This document shows, one piece after another, positions 30,708-39,423 of a stretch of 64,000 nucleotides of DNA; the first letter of the stretch is position 1, and the number at the start of each line of letters is the position of its first letter. The notes under the pieces were generated by a model, which had not been told where the DNA came from, did not search any database, and saw only the letters and a program-made list of their open reading frames with translations. Origin of the DNA: Candidatus Undinarchaeota archaeon (GTDB lineage: Archaea > SpSt-1190 > JASMDC01); assembly GCA_964519305.1 (NCBI GenBank), contig CAZFHY010000002.1, forward strand, positions 32,001-96,000. Reading direction: 5' to 3'. A program made the translations under genes and the position numbers.

Positions 30708-31685
30708 ATGGAACGACGACGAGCGCTCCGGGCAGGGCTCGTCGTGATGGTGATCCTGCTGGCCTTCTTTGGAATCCGTTCACTAGTGGCCTACCGAGCC
30801 CTGATGGAAAGGGCGGTGTACGGTGAGGCGACTGTCGCCTCCCTGAGGGGCTGGATGTCCGTTCCCTATGCTGCATCGCTGACCGAGGCGGACACAGCGT
30901 GCGTGTGCATGGCCTTGGAAGTCCCGGTGAGCACATGCGATGCTACTAAGGTGAGGGACGTTATAGCAGCCCGCCGCATCACTGACCGTCGTGTGTTCGT
31001 CACCTACCTCGACAAGGCTTTCGACAGCTGTAGGTCGGTTCCCGCCCCACCACCCGTGCTTGAGGAGGGAGAGGGTCTCTCGGACGCGCTGCTGGCCCGC
31101 CTGGTCACCAACACTTACCCTGTCCTCGCTGTCGGCGTCGTGCTCGCTTCAGCGGGCATACCTGCACCTTCGTCCTTACTAGTGATCGCGGCCGGTGCTT
31201 TTGCTGCCCGCGGATTCGCCAACCTCTTTGTCGTGATGGTCATCGCAGCTCTTGGATCATCCTTGGGTGACACGATCCTCTATTTCATCGGGGTCAAGGT
31301 GGGAAGCTCCGCTGATCGGCTACCGGGTTTCCTCGCCAAGGCCATCGAGACCGAGCGTGTATCGTTCTCCGGCTGCCAGCCATCTCTCGTCTTCACCAGT
31401 CGGTTCATCTTCACACCCCTTATCATTCCAGTCAACCTCTTAGCAGGCATGTACGGATGCGCGTACCGCCAGTTCATCCCTTATGTACTGGGGGGTGAGA
31501 CCGTTTGGGCCGTGGAGATGGCAGGTATCGGCTATGTTTTCGGTGCGAACATCGAGCTCGTTAACGACGTTGTGGGCAACCTCACCGTCGTGGCCGTGCT
31601 CCTGTTGGGTGTGTGGGTGGTCTTCAAGCGTTTGCAGAACCGTGGTAATGGGGACGAGCCCTGCACGACGTGCACAGATAATTAA
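30708..31685 (+). CDS. DedA/VTT family membrane protein with N-terminal extension
   Basis: GIPAP, GD...Y..G, SRF, N..AG DedA motifs; ATG 30708. Confidence 0.85.
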   Translation: MERRRALRAGLVVMVILLAFFGIRSLVAYRALMERAVYGEATVASLRGWMSVPYAASLTEADTACVCMALEVPVSTCDATKVRDVIAARRITDRRVFVTYLDKAFDSCRSVPAPPPVLEEGEGLSDALLARLVTNTYPVLAVGVVLASAGIPAPSSLLVIAAGAFAARGFANLFVVMVIAALGSSLGDTILYFIGVKVGSSADRLPGFLAKAIETERVSFSGCQPSLVFTSRFIFTPLIIPVNLLAGMYGCAYRQFIPYVLGGETVWAVEMAGIGYVFGANIELVNDVVGNLTVVAVLLLGVWVVFKRLQNRGNGDEPCTTCTDN

Positions 31686-31719
31686 AACATGGATATACCT
31701 CTTACATGGGAAGGTATCC

Positions 31720-32049
31720 ATGCCGTGGGAACACTGGTCGCCTACAAAGAAAGGCTTAGCTACAGGAGTCCTGTTCGGGATTGCGTTCTCACTGGTCAGC
31801 TTGCTGGCTACGTGTCATCCAAATGCGTTGGGCGGGCGTTCCGACGAGTGCACGGGCACGCTCATGCTGCTATTCGGTACCGCTGAATTCCTGTTCTTTG
31901 TCCCCATCGGAGCGCTCTCATTCATCTTGGGGGTGGAACTGTCGTTCCCCGTCCAGCTCATCGCAGGTCCAGTACTCACTTCAGGGATATTTGGAGCTGC
32001 AGCGGGCGACCTATACAAGTATCTGGGCCCTACTGAAATAGAACGCTAG
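31720..32049 (+). CDS. Small membrane protein
   Basis: Three hydrophobic segments. Confidence 0.55.
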   Translation: MPWEHWSPTKKGLATGVLFGIAFSLVSLLATCHPNALGGRSDECTGTLMLLFGTAEFLFFVPIGALSFILGVELSFPVQLIAGPVLTSGIFGAAAGDLYKYLGPTEIER

Positions 32050-32068
32050 ACGCGGGCGCAATTATTCG

Positions 32069-32084
32069 ACCGTTGCGCAACGGT
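32069..32084. promoter_or_regulatory. Perfect 16-bp palindrome, putative operator
   Basis: ACCGTTGCGCAACGGT, ~25 nt upstream of TTTTATATA. Confidence 0.45.
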
Positions 32085-32223
32085 TTCATGGTTGTTACAG
32101 GCAAGTGTTTTATATAGGGACGGACATCGACCTAGAGGAGAGGAAGTAGTACCGCTGGAACGTGAGATTAATGACGTCGCTAGCATGTGGACGTACTGAT
32201 AGGGCGCGGGGGGTCGAAGTAGA

Positions 32224-32628
32224 ATGACCTCCTTCTATTCCATGGTCCGGCGACAGGATCCTATATCCCCCGTGACACCTAGGACATGGTGGAAAGGGCC
32301 TCTCCACCTCTTCGCCCGATCTAGGAAAGGGCAGACCGCGCTCGACTTCCTTCTGTGCTACGGCTGGCTCGTTCTGGTCGTGGCCATGGCGGCCTTTGCA
32401 CTGTACACGGTGGGGTAGGTCGCGGTATAGGTAATGAACGTTCGACGTTGATGGTGAGATGAGACGTCTGCGTTGGTAGCGTGCTTGTGCATGGTGATGT
32501 GGAGCCACCTGGAAGACGCTGATTATGAGATATACTACAGCACGTGGGACGGGAACGCATGGAGCTCCAGAGTCGCCGCCACCGACAACTTCGTTGAGGA
32601 CTTCCACCCATCGGTCTCTACCCAATAG
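32224..32628 (+). pseudogene. Degenerate class III signal-peptide (pilin-like) gene
   Basis: RKGQTALDFLLCYGWLVLVV... stops at 32418; the same frame continues past several stops into MVMWSHLEDADYEIYYSTWDGNAWSS...DFHPSV. Confidence 0.6.
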
Positions 32629-32651
32629 GCCCAAGACGACTGAGCTTTCGT

Positions 32652-33239
32652 CTATCGAGTCAGGTCATAGAGCGCATCGATTGTCCTGACGACATCCTGC
32701 ACCACGATGTCGGACACAGAGAAGTTGCTATCGTCGGTGATCATGGCGGCCAGCCGTCGTGGCTTGTCGTCCTCGGGGACCAGGACCCGCAGGTCGTACA
32801 GCTGGCCGATCCTGGCAACGGCACCCTCCCTGTCCGCGGGAGATACCTCCGCCTCGGTCGAGATCCACACCTCGTAATGGTAACCGATACCCTTGTAGCT
32901 GGCGTTGTAGAGCATGGTGAACGACCTGCCGTCCAGGGTGGTAACGCGGATCGTGGCACTGCGCAGGTAGGCGATGAGCTCCACTTCGACCACCCGCGGA
33001 CCCAGCTCCCTGACGACGGCTGCCAGATGGCCGTACTCGGCCAGAGCCCAGACAGAGAGACCTGTGGAGATAGCGAGCACGATCCCGAGAGCATCATTCG
33101 CGAAGGCCGCCTCGACCTGTTCCTTGATCCCTGAGCCTAACAGATCACCAAAAGCGATCAAAAGGAAGACGAACAATGTCACCAGAGGTGGTACGAGGAA
33201 CACGCGAGGATTCTCCAGGTACCATGGGAGTTCGGCCAT
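32652..33239 (-). CDS. Hypothetical membrane protein
   Basis: Two N-terminal TM helices followed by a soluble domain. Confidence 0.6.
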   Translation of the reverse strand: MAELPWYLENPRVFLVPPLVTLFVFLLIAFGDLLGSGIKEQVEAAFANDALGIVLAISTGLSVWALAEYGHLAAVVRELGPRVVEVELIAYLRSATIRVTTLDGRSFTMLYNASYKGIGYHYEVWISTEAEVSPADREGAVARIGQLYDLRVLVPEDDKPRRLAAMITDDSNFSVSDIVVQDVVRTIDALYDLTR

Positions 33240-33283
33240 GTACTTACATTGGTATAGCTGGCATAAAAAGGAATGGGGTTTTC

Positions 33284-33309
33284 CCGGGCGCCCCGCATGA
33301 GGCGCCCGG
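33284..33309 (-). terminator. GC-rich hairpin, possible terminator
   Basis: CCGGGCGCC-N8-GGCGCCCGG, perfect 9-bp stem just after a relic stop codon. Confidence 0.4.
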
Positions 33310-33319
33310 TGTGTCCTCT

Positions 33320-33358
33320 CTATTCCTCTTCCGCTTTCGCCTTCAATGCTGCAAGCAC
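33320..33358 (-). pseudogene. Relic copy of the xdh Mo-subunit 3' end
   Basis: Encodes VLAALKAKAEEE*; 22/25 nt identical to 34943-34967 (VLAALKAKE*), all mismatches synonymous. Confidence 0.5.
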
Positions 33359-33599
33359 CATATCCTCTGATCGGGCAGAGTAGTCCCGACTCAGGACAAA
33401 TTATTGTACCCTAGCGCGTCCTCTGGGAACTTCCCCTGTTCGAATCCTCCTGTCCTTCGTTATACCCGGGTCTAACCACAACATTTATCTTGAATGAACG
33501 ATACCTAATGGGAAGGTAGCGGTGGCAAGACGGGGACGAATCCTGGCAGGGAGCAATCTAAGCATCGACATGCTTGAGCGTCGTATACGTAGATTGCAT

Positions 33600-34157
33600 A
33601 TGTCCAAGGGCCAGTCGGCCATGGAGTACCTCATGACCTACGGGTGGGTTTTCCTCATCCTCGTCATCGCCGGTGCCGCTATGTATGCCATGGGCATCAT
33701 CAAGCAGGGGGCCTACGTCAAGGAGGGATGCGTGGGCTTCGGCAAGATGCAATACGAGGACCACCGGTTCAAGGCCATCGGCGCTGACGGCACCTTCGAT
33801 GTGGGCGATGACGACCGGGAGAGTATGTTCAGCATATCTTTTACCAACGGTTACACGTCCCTGATCCACGTGACGGAGCTGCGGGTGGAATATCCCGACG
33901 ATGTATGGGCTGAGTGGAGCGTTAAGGGCGTCAGCTGCGATAATTACAACACCCCTGGAGACACAACATCGGGGTGCGCCAGGACCTCTTTAGGTGAGGC
34001 TCAGAAGTTTGAGCTCCACTTGGAGGACGCGGGCGGTGGGCTTATCGAGATGGTCCGCGGCGATGTCTACTCAGTGCAAGTAGAGATTATCTTCGATCGG
34101 GAGGGCACCTTTGACGACCATAGCACCACCGGCACCTGCTCAGGTACGATCGAGTAA
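33600..34157 (+). CDS. Class III signal peptide (type IV pilin-like) protein
   Basis: KG|QSAMEYLMTYGW plus hydrophobic helix; 4 Cys in the head domain. Confidence 0.8.
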   Translation: MSKGQSAMEYLMTYGWVFLILVIAGAAMYAMGIIKQGAYVKEGCVGFGKMQYEDHRFKAIGADGTFDVGDDDRESMFSISFTNGYTSLIHVTELRVEYPDDVWAEWSVKGVSCDNYNTPGDTTSGCARTSLGEAQKFELHLEDAGGGLIEMVRGDVYSVQVEIIFDREGTFDDHSTTGTCSGTIE

Positions 34158-34233
34158 GCAGGATCTTCGCGCTCCACAGACTGAAGGTATCTTGGATATC
34201 GTGAAGACTAGCGTATTTGCGGGGACGCGACCT

Positions 34234-34824
34234 ATGTCGACACTAGGACCCAACCAACGTGCCCAGGCCGCCATGGAGTTTCTGATGACCTACGGGTGGG
34301 TTCTCCTCATCCTCGTCATCGCCGGTGCCGCCATGTATGCCATGGGGATCATGAACAGGGGGACGTACCAGAATACTGGGTGTGTTGGATTCGTCCACCT
34401 CCACTACCAGGACCACCTGTTCCGGCGCACGGGGCAGGACGACCTCTGGGACGTGGGGGACGACCTTATGGAGAGCAGATTCCGTCTGGCCCTCCAGAAC
34501 GGTGCCGGGGTACTGGTACAAGTGACGGGAATTGATGTGGAATACCCTAAGGAGGTGCATGTGACGTGGAGCGAGCGCGGGTATGACTGCGAAGCTTACA
34601 ACACCGCCAACGACACCGACAGCGGGTGCAACCACCAGAACGTGACTGAAGGGGAGATCACCCTGCTCTCCATGGAGGACGTGGGGTACGGGATGAAGAA
34701 GCTTGAGGTCGGAGAGCCCTACGCGCTCACGGTAAAGATATCTTATAACGCCTTCGGTGCACTCGCCGGCCACACGGAGATGGCGTTGTGCTCGGGCAAA
34801 GTGGAGGGTACATCCAACGTATAG
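34234..34824 (+). CDS. Class III signal peptide (type IV pilin-like) protein, paralog
   Basis: RA|QAAMEFLMTYGW; colinear with the upstream paralog. Confidence 0.8.
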   Translation: MSTLGPNQRAQAAMEFLMTYGWVLLILVIAGAAMYAMGIMNRGTYQNTGCVGFVHLHYQDHLFRRTGQDDLWDVGDDLMESRFRLALQNGAGVLVQVTGIDVEYPKEVHVTWSERGYDCEAYNTANDTDSGCNHQNVTEGEITLLSMEDVGYGMKKLEVGEPYALTVKISYNAFGALAGHTEMALCSGKVEGTSNV

Positions 34825-34937
34825 CGTGCCGTTCCCACCGTCCCACCACTGCAGCACCCCCGATCGGACGTGATGAGGGGCCACAGCCAGTCACTGGTGG
34901 GGTCTGAATCATCCCGTTCCCCTTGCGAAGGGGGAGG

Positions 34938-37301
34938 CTACTCTTTCGCCTTCAACGCCGCTAGCACCCGGTCGGGAGTGAACGGCGTCTCGTACAGCCT
35001 GATCCCGCATGCATTGTAGATGGCGTTGGCGATCGCCGGCATGGGGCCGTTGATCCCGATCTCCCCTACGGACTTCGCCCCGCACGGACCGGTCGGCTCG
35101 TACGTGGGACACAGGATGATCTTGAGCGGCGGTTGGTCCACCGTCGTCCAGATCTTGTAGTCGAAGAAGTTCGGGTTGAGCATGGCGCCCTTGCTGCTGA
35201 AGACGTACTCCTCGGTGAGCGCGAACGACAGCCCGTTCATGATGCATCCTTCCACCTGACCCTCTGCGAGGTTGGGATTGAGAGCAGTACCACAGTCGGT
35301 GGCGGCCGCGTAATCGACCACCTCCACTTTCCCAGTTTCAGTATCCACCTCCACCTCGGCGAAGTGCGCCGTGAACGGTGGCGGCGAGGTCATGGAGACA
35401 TGCGAGGCCCCTGCTACCAGTTGCTTCTTATCCTCAGCATAGAACCATGCGTGCAGGCCGACCTCCCCCAGGGTGAGGGACTTGCCCGACGGCGAGACTA
35501 CCTTCTTGTCCACGATGTCGAGCGTCTGGGGATCCTCTCCGAGCATGTCGCCGGCGACCTCGAGGATCCTGCGCCGCATCTTGTCCGCACACTTCACAAC
35601 GGCGCCACCGGAGATGTATGTAGTCGATGAGGCGTACGCCCCCACGTCGAAGGGCGTGAGGTCCGTGTCGGAGCTGAGCACCTGGATGTCCTCCAGCTCC
35701 ACGCCCAACCGCTCGGCCGCGAGCTGTGCCAGGATGGTGTCCGAACCAGTACCTATGTCGGTAGCGCCTATGAAGAGGTTGAACGATCCGTCCTCGTTCA
35801 TCTTTAAGGCGGCCGCGCCCATATCGATACCGGCGATACCCGAGCCCTGCATGAGGATACACATCCCCACCCCGCGCTTCTTGACGCCCTGCTTGCCAGC
35901 GGCCCGCTTGGCGGCCCATCCGATGGCGGTAGCGCCCTGCTCGATGCACTCAGGCAGCGATGAGGACTCGACGTTCTGCTCCATCCCCTCCCGGCCCTCG
36001 CCGAGCTTCTTGAAGATGGGCGATGTCCCGCCTTCCTCGATGTGGTTCATCTGGCGGAACTCGAGCGGATCCTTGCCGCACCACTCGGCCATCTCGTCGA
36101 TGAGCGACTCGAGAGCGAAGTAACCCTGCGTAGCCCCGTAACCGCGATACGCACCGCCCACGGGCATGTTGGTGTAGACCGCATGCCCCTTGAAGCGAAC
36201 GTTCTCGCACTTGTACAGCGGAAGGGTCTTGGAGCCGGTGTTGGAGAGCACCGTGAGCGCGTGGGAACCGTAGGCGCCGGTATTGGATAGAGCATACATG
36301 TCTATCGCAGTGATCGTCCCGTCCTTCTTCACCCCGGCCTTCAGCTTCACGGTCATGGGGTGGCGGGTCCGCGACGACACGAACTCCTCCTTGCGCGAGT
36401 ACTCAATCTTCACCGGGCGCCCGGTCTTGAGCGTCAGGGCGACCACCACATCCTCCAGGAGCATCTCCTGCTTGGTACCGAAACCGCCGCCGATGCGTGG
36501 TTTGATGACCCTGATGCGCTTGAGCGGGATGTCGAAGATCATCCCGATGATGCGACGCACGTGGAACGGCACCTGGGTGGCGGTGACGATGATGATACGA
36601 TTGTTCTCGTCGATGTACGCCATCGAGATGTGAGGCTCGATGGGGGTATGCTGGGCGTAGTGTGTACGCCAGGTCCCTTCGAACACCTTGTCGGCCGCTT
36701 TTAGGCCGCTCTCCACGTCACCCACCTCGATGCCGACCTCGGCAGCCATGTTGCGTGATGCGTCAGGGATGCCCGAGGCATCCTCCTCGTCATGTATTAC
36801 GGGCTGTCCCTCGTCCATGGCCGTCTCGTGGTCAAGGATGGCCGGAAGCTCCTCATACACGACCTTGATGAGCTTGAGCGCCTTATCGGCGATCTCGGCC
36901 GTCTCGGCGGCCACGAAGGCCACCCGGTCGCCTACGAACCGTACCTTTGTGTCGAGCACGTACGTGTCATAGGGCGATGGCTCGGGATAGCCCTGGCCAG
37001 CGGTGGTGTGCGGTGTGCGCGGCACGTCCTTGTGTGTTAGCACGCACGCCACACCGGGCAGTTCCTCGGCCGCGGACGTGTCGATGCTCTTGATCCTCGC
37101 ATGGGCGAGAGGGCTCGTGAGGATGCGGCCTATCAGAGGCCGCTCCACGGGCCAGTCGTCCACGAACAGTGCCTTGCCCGTTGCCAGGCCGAGCCCGTCC
37201 ACCTTGCGCGTGCGCTTACCGACTACGTTGAACCCATGATCGTTGGCGTCCGCTGCTGGAGCTGTCTCCTTTGAAGCGGCCCCGGGGAATATGCCTGCCA
37301 T
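34938..37301 (-). CDS. Xanthine dehydrogenase/aldehyde oxidase family molybdopterin-binding subunit
   Basis: IGGGFG.K, AYRGYG, D.G.GS, SSTT, GAKSVGE; ATG 37301. Confidence 0.95.
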   Translation of the reverse strand: MAGIFPGAASKETAPAADANDHGFNVVGKRTRKVDGLGLATGKALFVDDWPVERPLIGRILTSPLAHARIKSIDTSAAEELPGVACVLTHKDVPRTPHTTAGQGYPEPSPYDTYVLDTKVRFVGDRVAFVAAETAEIADKALKLIKVVYEELPAILDHETAMDEGQPVIHDEEDASGIPDASRNMAAEVGIEVGDVESGLKAADKVFEGTWRTHYAQHTPIEPHISMAYIDENNRIIIVTATQVPFHVRRIIGMIFDIPLKRIRVIKPRIGGGFGTKQEMLLEDVVVALTLKTGRPVKIEYSRKEEFVSSRTRHPMTVKLKAGVKKDGTITAIDMYALSNTGAYGSHALTVLSNTGSKTLPLYKCENVRFKGHAVYTNMPVGGAYRGYGATQGYFALESLIDEMAEWCGKDPLEFRQMNHIEEGGTSPIFKKLGEGREGMEQNVESSSLPECIEQGATAIGWAAKRAAGKQGVKKRGVGMCILMQGSGIAGIDMGAAALKMNEDGSFNLFIGATDIGTGSDTILAQLAAERLGVELEDIQVLSSDTDLTPFDVGAYASSTTYISGGAVVKCADKMRRRILEVAGDMLGEDPQTLDIVDKKVVSPSGKSLTLGEVGLHAWFYAEDKKQLVAGASHVSMTSPPPFTAHFAEVEVDTETGKVEVVDYAAATDCGTALNPNLAEGQVEGCIMNGLSFALTEEYVFSSKGAMLNPNFFDYKIWTTVDQPPLKIILCPTYEPTGPCGAKSVGEIGINGPMPAIANAIYNACGIRLYETPFTPDRVLAALKAKE

Positions 37302-37302
37302 G

Positions 37303-37764
37303 CTAGTCACCTCCCTGTTTGGCGACCCGTTGGATCGCGTTGATCTGCTTGGTATAGGTACCGCATCGACAGAGGTTCCCTGACAGGGCGTCCCTGATCT
37401 CCTCTTCACTGGGATCCGGGTTGTGCTTGAGGAGTGCGTACGCTGTGATGATGGCTGCAGGTGTGCAGAATCCGCACTGGATTGCGCCTTCCTCGTCGAA
37501 GGCCGTCTGGAGCGGGTGGGGCGCGTCAGGTGTCCCTATACCCTCGATTGTGATGATCTCCTTGCCTTGGACGCTGGCGGCGAACACGATGCATGAGTTG
37601 ACGACGACGCCGTCAATGATGATGGCGCAGGCGCCGCAGTCGCCAGTATTGCATCCACGCTTGACGCCCTTGTATCCCTCCCTACGGAGCACATCAAGGA
37701 GCATCTCCTGGGGTTCGGTCTCGAAGGCGACCTTCTCGTCGTTGATTGTTGCTATGATCCTCAT
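37303..37764 (-). CDS. Xanthine dehydrogenase family (2Fe-2S) subunit
   Basis: GC..GDCGAC, QCGFC, GNLCRC. Confidence 0.95.
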   Translation of the reverse strand: MRIIATINDEKVAFETEPQEMLLDVLRREGYKGVKRGCNTGDCGACAIIIDGVVVNSCIVFAASVQGKEIITIEGIGTPDAPHPLQTAFDEEGAIQCGFCTPAAIITAYALLKHNPDPSEEEIRDALSGNLCRCGTYTKQINAIQRVAKQGGD

Positions 37765-38612
37765 GACGATCCCTCCTTGGAGGCGAGCTGGGCGAGCGCT
37801 CGCTTCACCGCCACCTGGAGCAGCTCTGAGCGGTACTCACCGGTGGCGCGGACATCGGATGTCGGAGTGACGTCCTGTAGGGCCGCCGTCGCGGCCGCTG
37901 CTAGCACATCGTCCGATGCCTCTTTACCCTCTGCTGCAGCCTCAGCTGAAGGGAGACGTACGGCCTGGCTAGTCACACCTGCTACGGCGAGGCGAACGTT
38001 GGAGAGCTTCTTGCCCTCCACGTTGGCAGTGCCTGCGATGGTGACGATACCTATATCCGATTTAGTGCGTCCGAACTTGAGGAACACGCCACACCGGTCG
38101 GCCGCTTCTTTCTCGATGACAATCTCAGCGAGGAGCATGAGGTCAAGCCCAAGCTCCTTACGCATCTCAGCGTACCGTTCGACGGGCACTATGAGCTCTC
38201 TTGCACCCATGAAACGCAGCTTGGCGTCGAGGACGAGGAGGATGGGCGGCATGTCGGCCCAGTTGTACGGCGAGAGCACGTCACCACCGATGGTCGCCAT
38301 GTTACGTACGATCGCCGAGGAGAAATGATCGGACGCCTGGACGATGATGCCTGATCCGACCTTCTGCAGGGTAGGGCTCTCTCTGGCCGCAGAGAAAGTG
38401 ACGGTAGCGCCGATGCGCACCCCCGTGTCGTCCTCTGCGATATAGTCCATCCCCGCCTTGGTGATATCGACGAGCTGGGTGATCCTCGGGCTCGAGGACC
38501 GTGCAATGACGGTCCCTCCTGCGATGATCCGCGCCCCCTCGTTCCTTGTGAGGAGGAGCACGGCCTCGCGAACGCTCTGCGCAACGGTGTAGTGCTGAAG
38601 ATTTGGGAGCAT
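37761..38612 (-). CDS. Xanthine dehydrogenase family FAD-binding subunit
   Basis: AGGT, RN.ATIGG, D.R....YR. Confidence 0.92.
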   Translation of the reverse strand: MLPNLQHYTVAQSVREAVLLLTRNEGARIIAGGTVIARSSSPRITQLVDITKAGMDYIAEDDTGVRIGATVTFSAARESPTLQKVGSGIIVQASDHFSSAIVRNMATIGGDVLSPYNWADMPPILLVLDAKLRFMGARELIVPVERYAEMRKELGLDLMLLAEIVIEKEAADRCGVFLKFGRTKSDIGIVTIAGTANVEGKKLSNVRLAVAGVTSQAVRLPSAEAAAEGKEASDDVLAAAATAALQDVTPTSDVRATGEYRSELLQVAVKRALAQLASKEGSS

Positions 38613-38691
38613 TGTATGGACCTCCCGTCCGTTGAAACGGTCAGGGGACTAGCCTTTAAATCTTGAACGGTCGGCCACGTCGCGGCCTGGA

Positions 38692-39165
38692 CTACCACGC
38701 GTAGCCGAAGTCTTCTTCCTCATCGTTCTTACGGTGGTACTGGGACTTGATATCGTAGGCGGTGGTTCCGCCATCCGGCCTGAAATGGATGTCGAACCCG
38801 GGCATCTTCCGCTGCATCTCGGGATCGAGCTTGTATCGGAGGAAAGCGCACACTACCTGCATGGAGTGGTAGTTGCCGCCCTGGCCATCGGACACTCCGA
38901 ACACGCGGCCCCGTCCTTCTACGTTCCTTGAGCCATTGTACGCGCTGAAGAGGATGGACATATCCTCTCCGGGGAGCCCTGATCCTCCCGGACGGTATGA
39001 TTGCCCGCTCTTACCTGCACCCTTTGCGTATTTCGATTCACGGCTGTCTTGCAGGTCGTCCAGCGGGAGATCGTCATACCTCTCGGAAAAGAAGTGTTCC
39101 TCGGGCGGGTCGAACAGCTCGTCCCGTTCCCGGTCCCCGTCGGATTCTAAGGATGGGTCAATCAT
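38692..39165 (-). CDS. Hypothetical acidic protein
   Basis: ORF downstream of an AT-rich promoter tract; no recognisable motif. Confidence 0.55.
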   Translation of the reverse strand: MIDPSLESDGDRERDELFDPPEEHFFSERYDDLPLDDLQDSRESKYAKGAGKSGQSYRPGGSGLPGEDMSILFSAYNGSRNVEGRGRVFGVSDGQGGNYHSMQVVCAFLRYKLDPEMQRKMPGFDIHFRPDGGTTAYDIKSQYHRKNDEEEDFGYAW

Positions 39166-39423
39166 CCAGTCACGTACGGTGGGCTAAAGATTATTTATAC
39201 TTTTCGTCGCCGCGACGCATACTTTTATTAAGGATTATTCCGGCAGACGCCAGTACTTTTAGGTAAGCCTATACCTATGTTTTATACCATTAATAAAAGA
39301 CTGCTGATAGAATAGTAAAAAAGCCTTGCGGCGGACCACATCCGTGTTTAGTAGTGACACGATGCCTTCTTTCTCTCTGGACTCTTCGCATGGTTTAAAA
39401 ACGTGGCCTTCCTTTCGGGTAGC

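Noticed and set aside
32416-32418. Pyrrolysine read-through of the pilin TAG
   Set aside because: Further TAG and TGA stops follow within 15 codons
33438-33460. GTTCGAATCC T-loop-like motif near the pilin cassette edge (tRNA or att site?)
   Set aside because: Flanks do not form a T-stem and no cloverleaf can be drawn
33618-34352. DGR template/variable repeat pair
   Set aside because: Mismatches are not adenine-restricted, both copies are coding N-termini, and no reverse transcriptase is in the window
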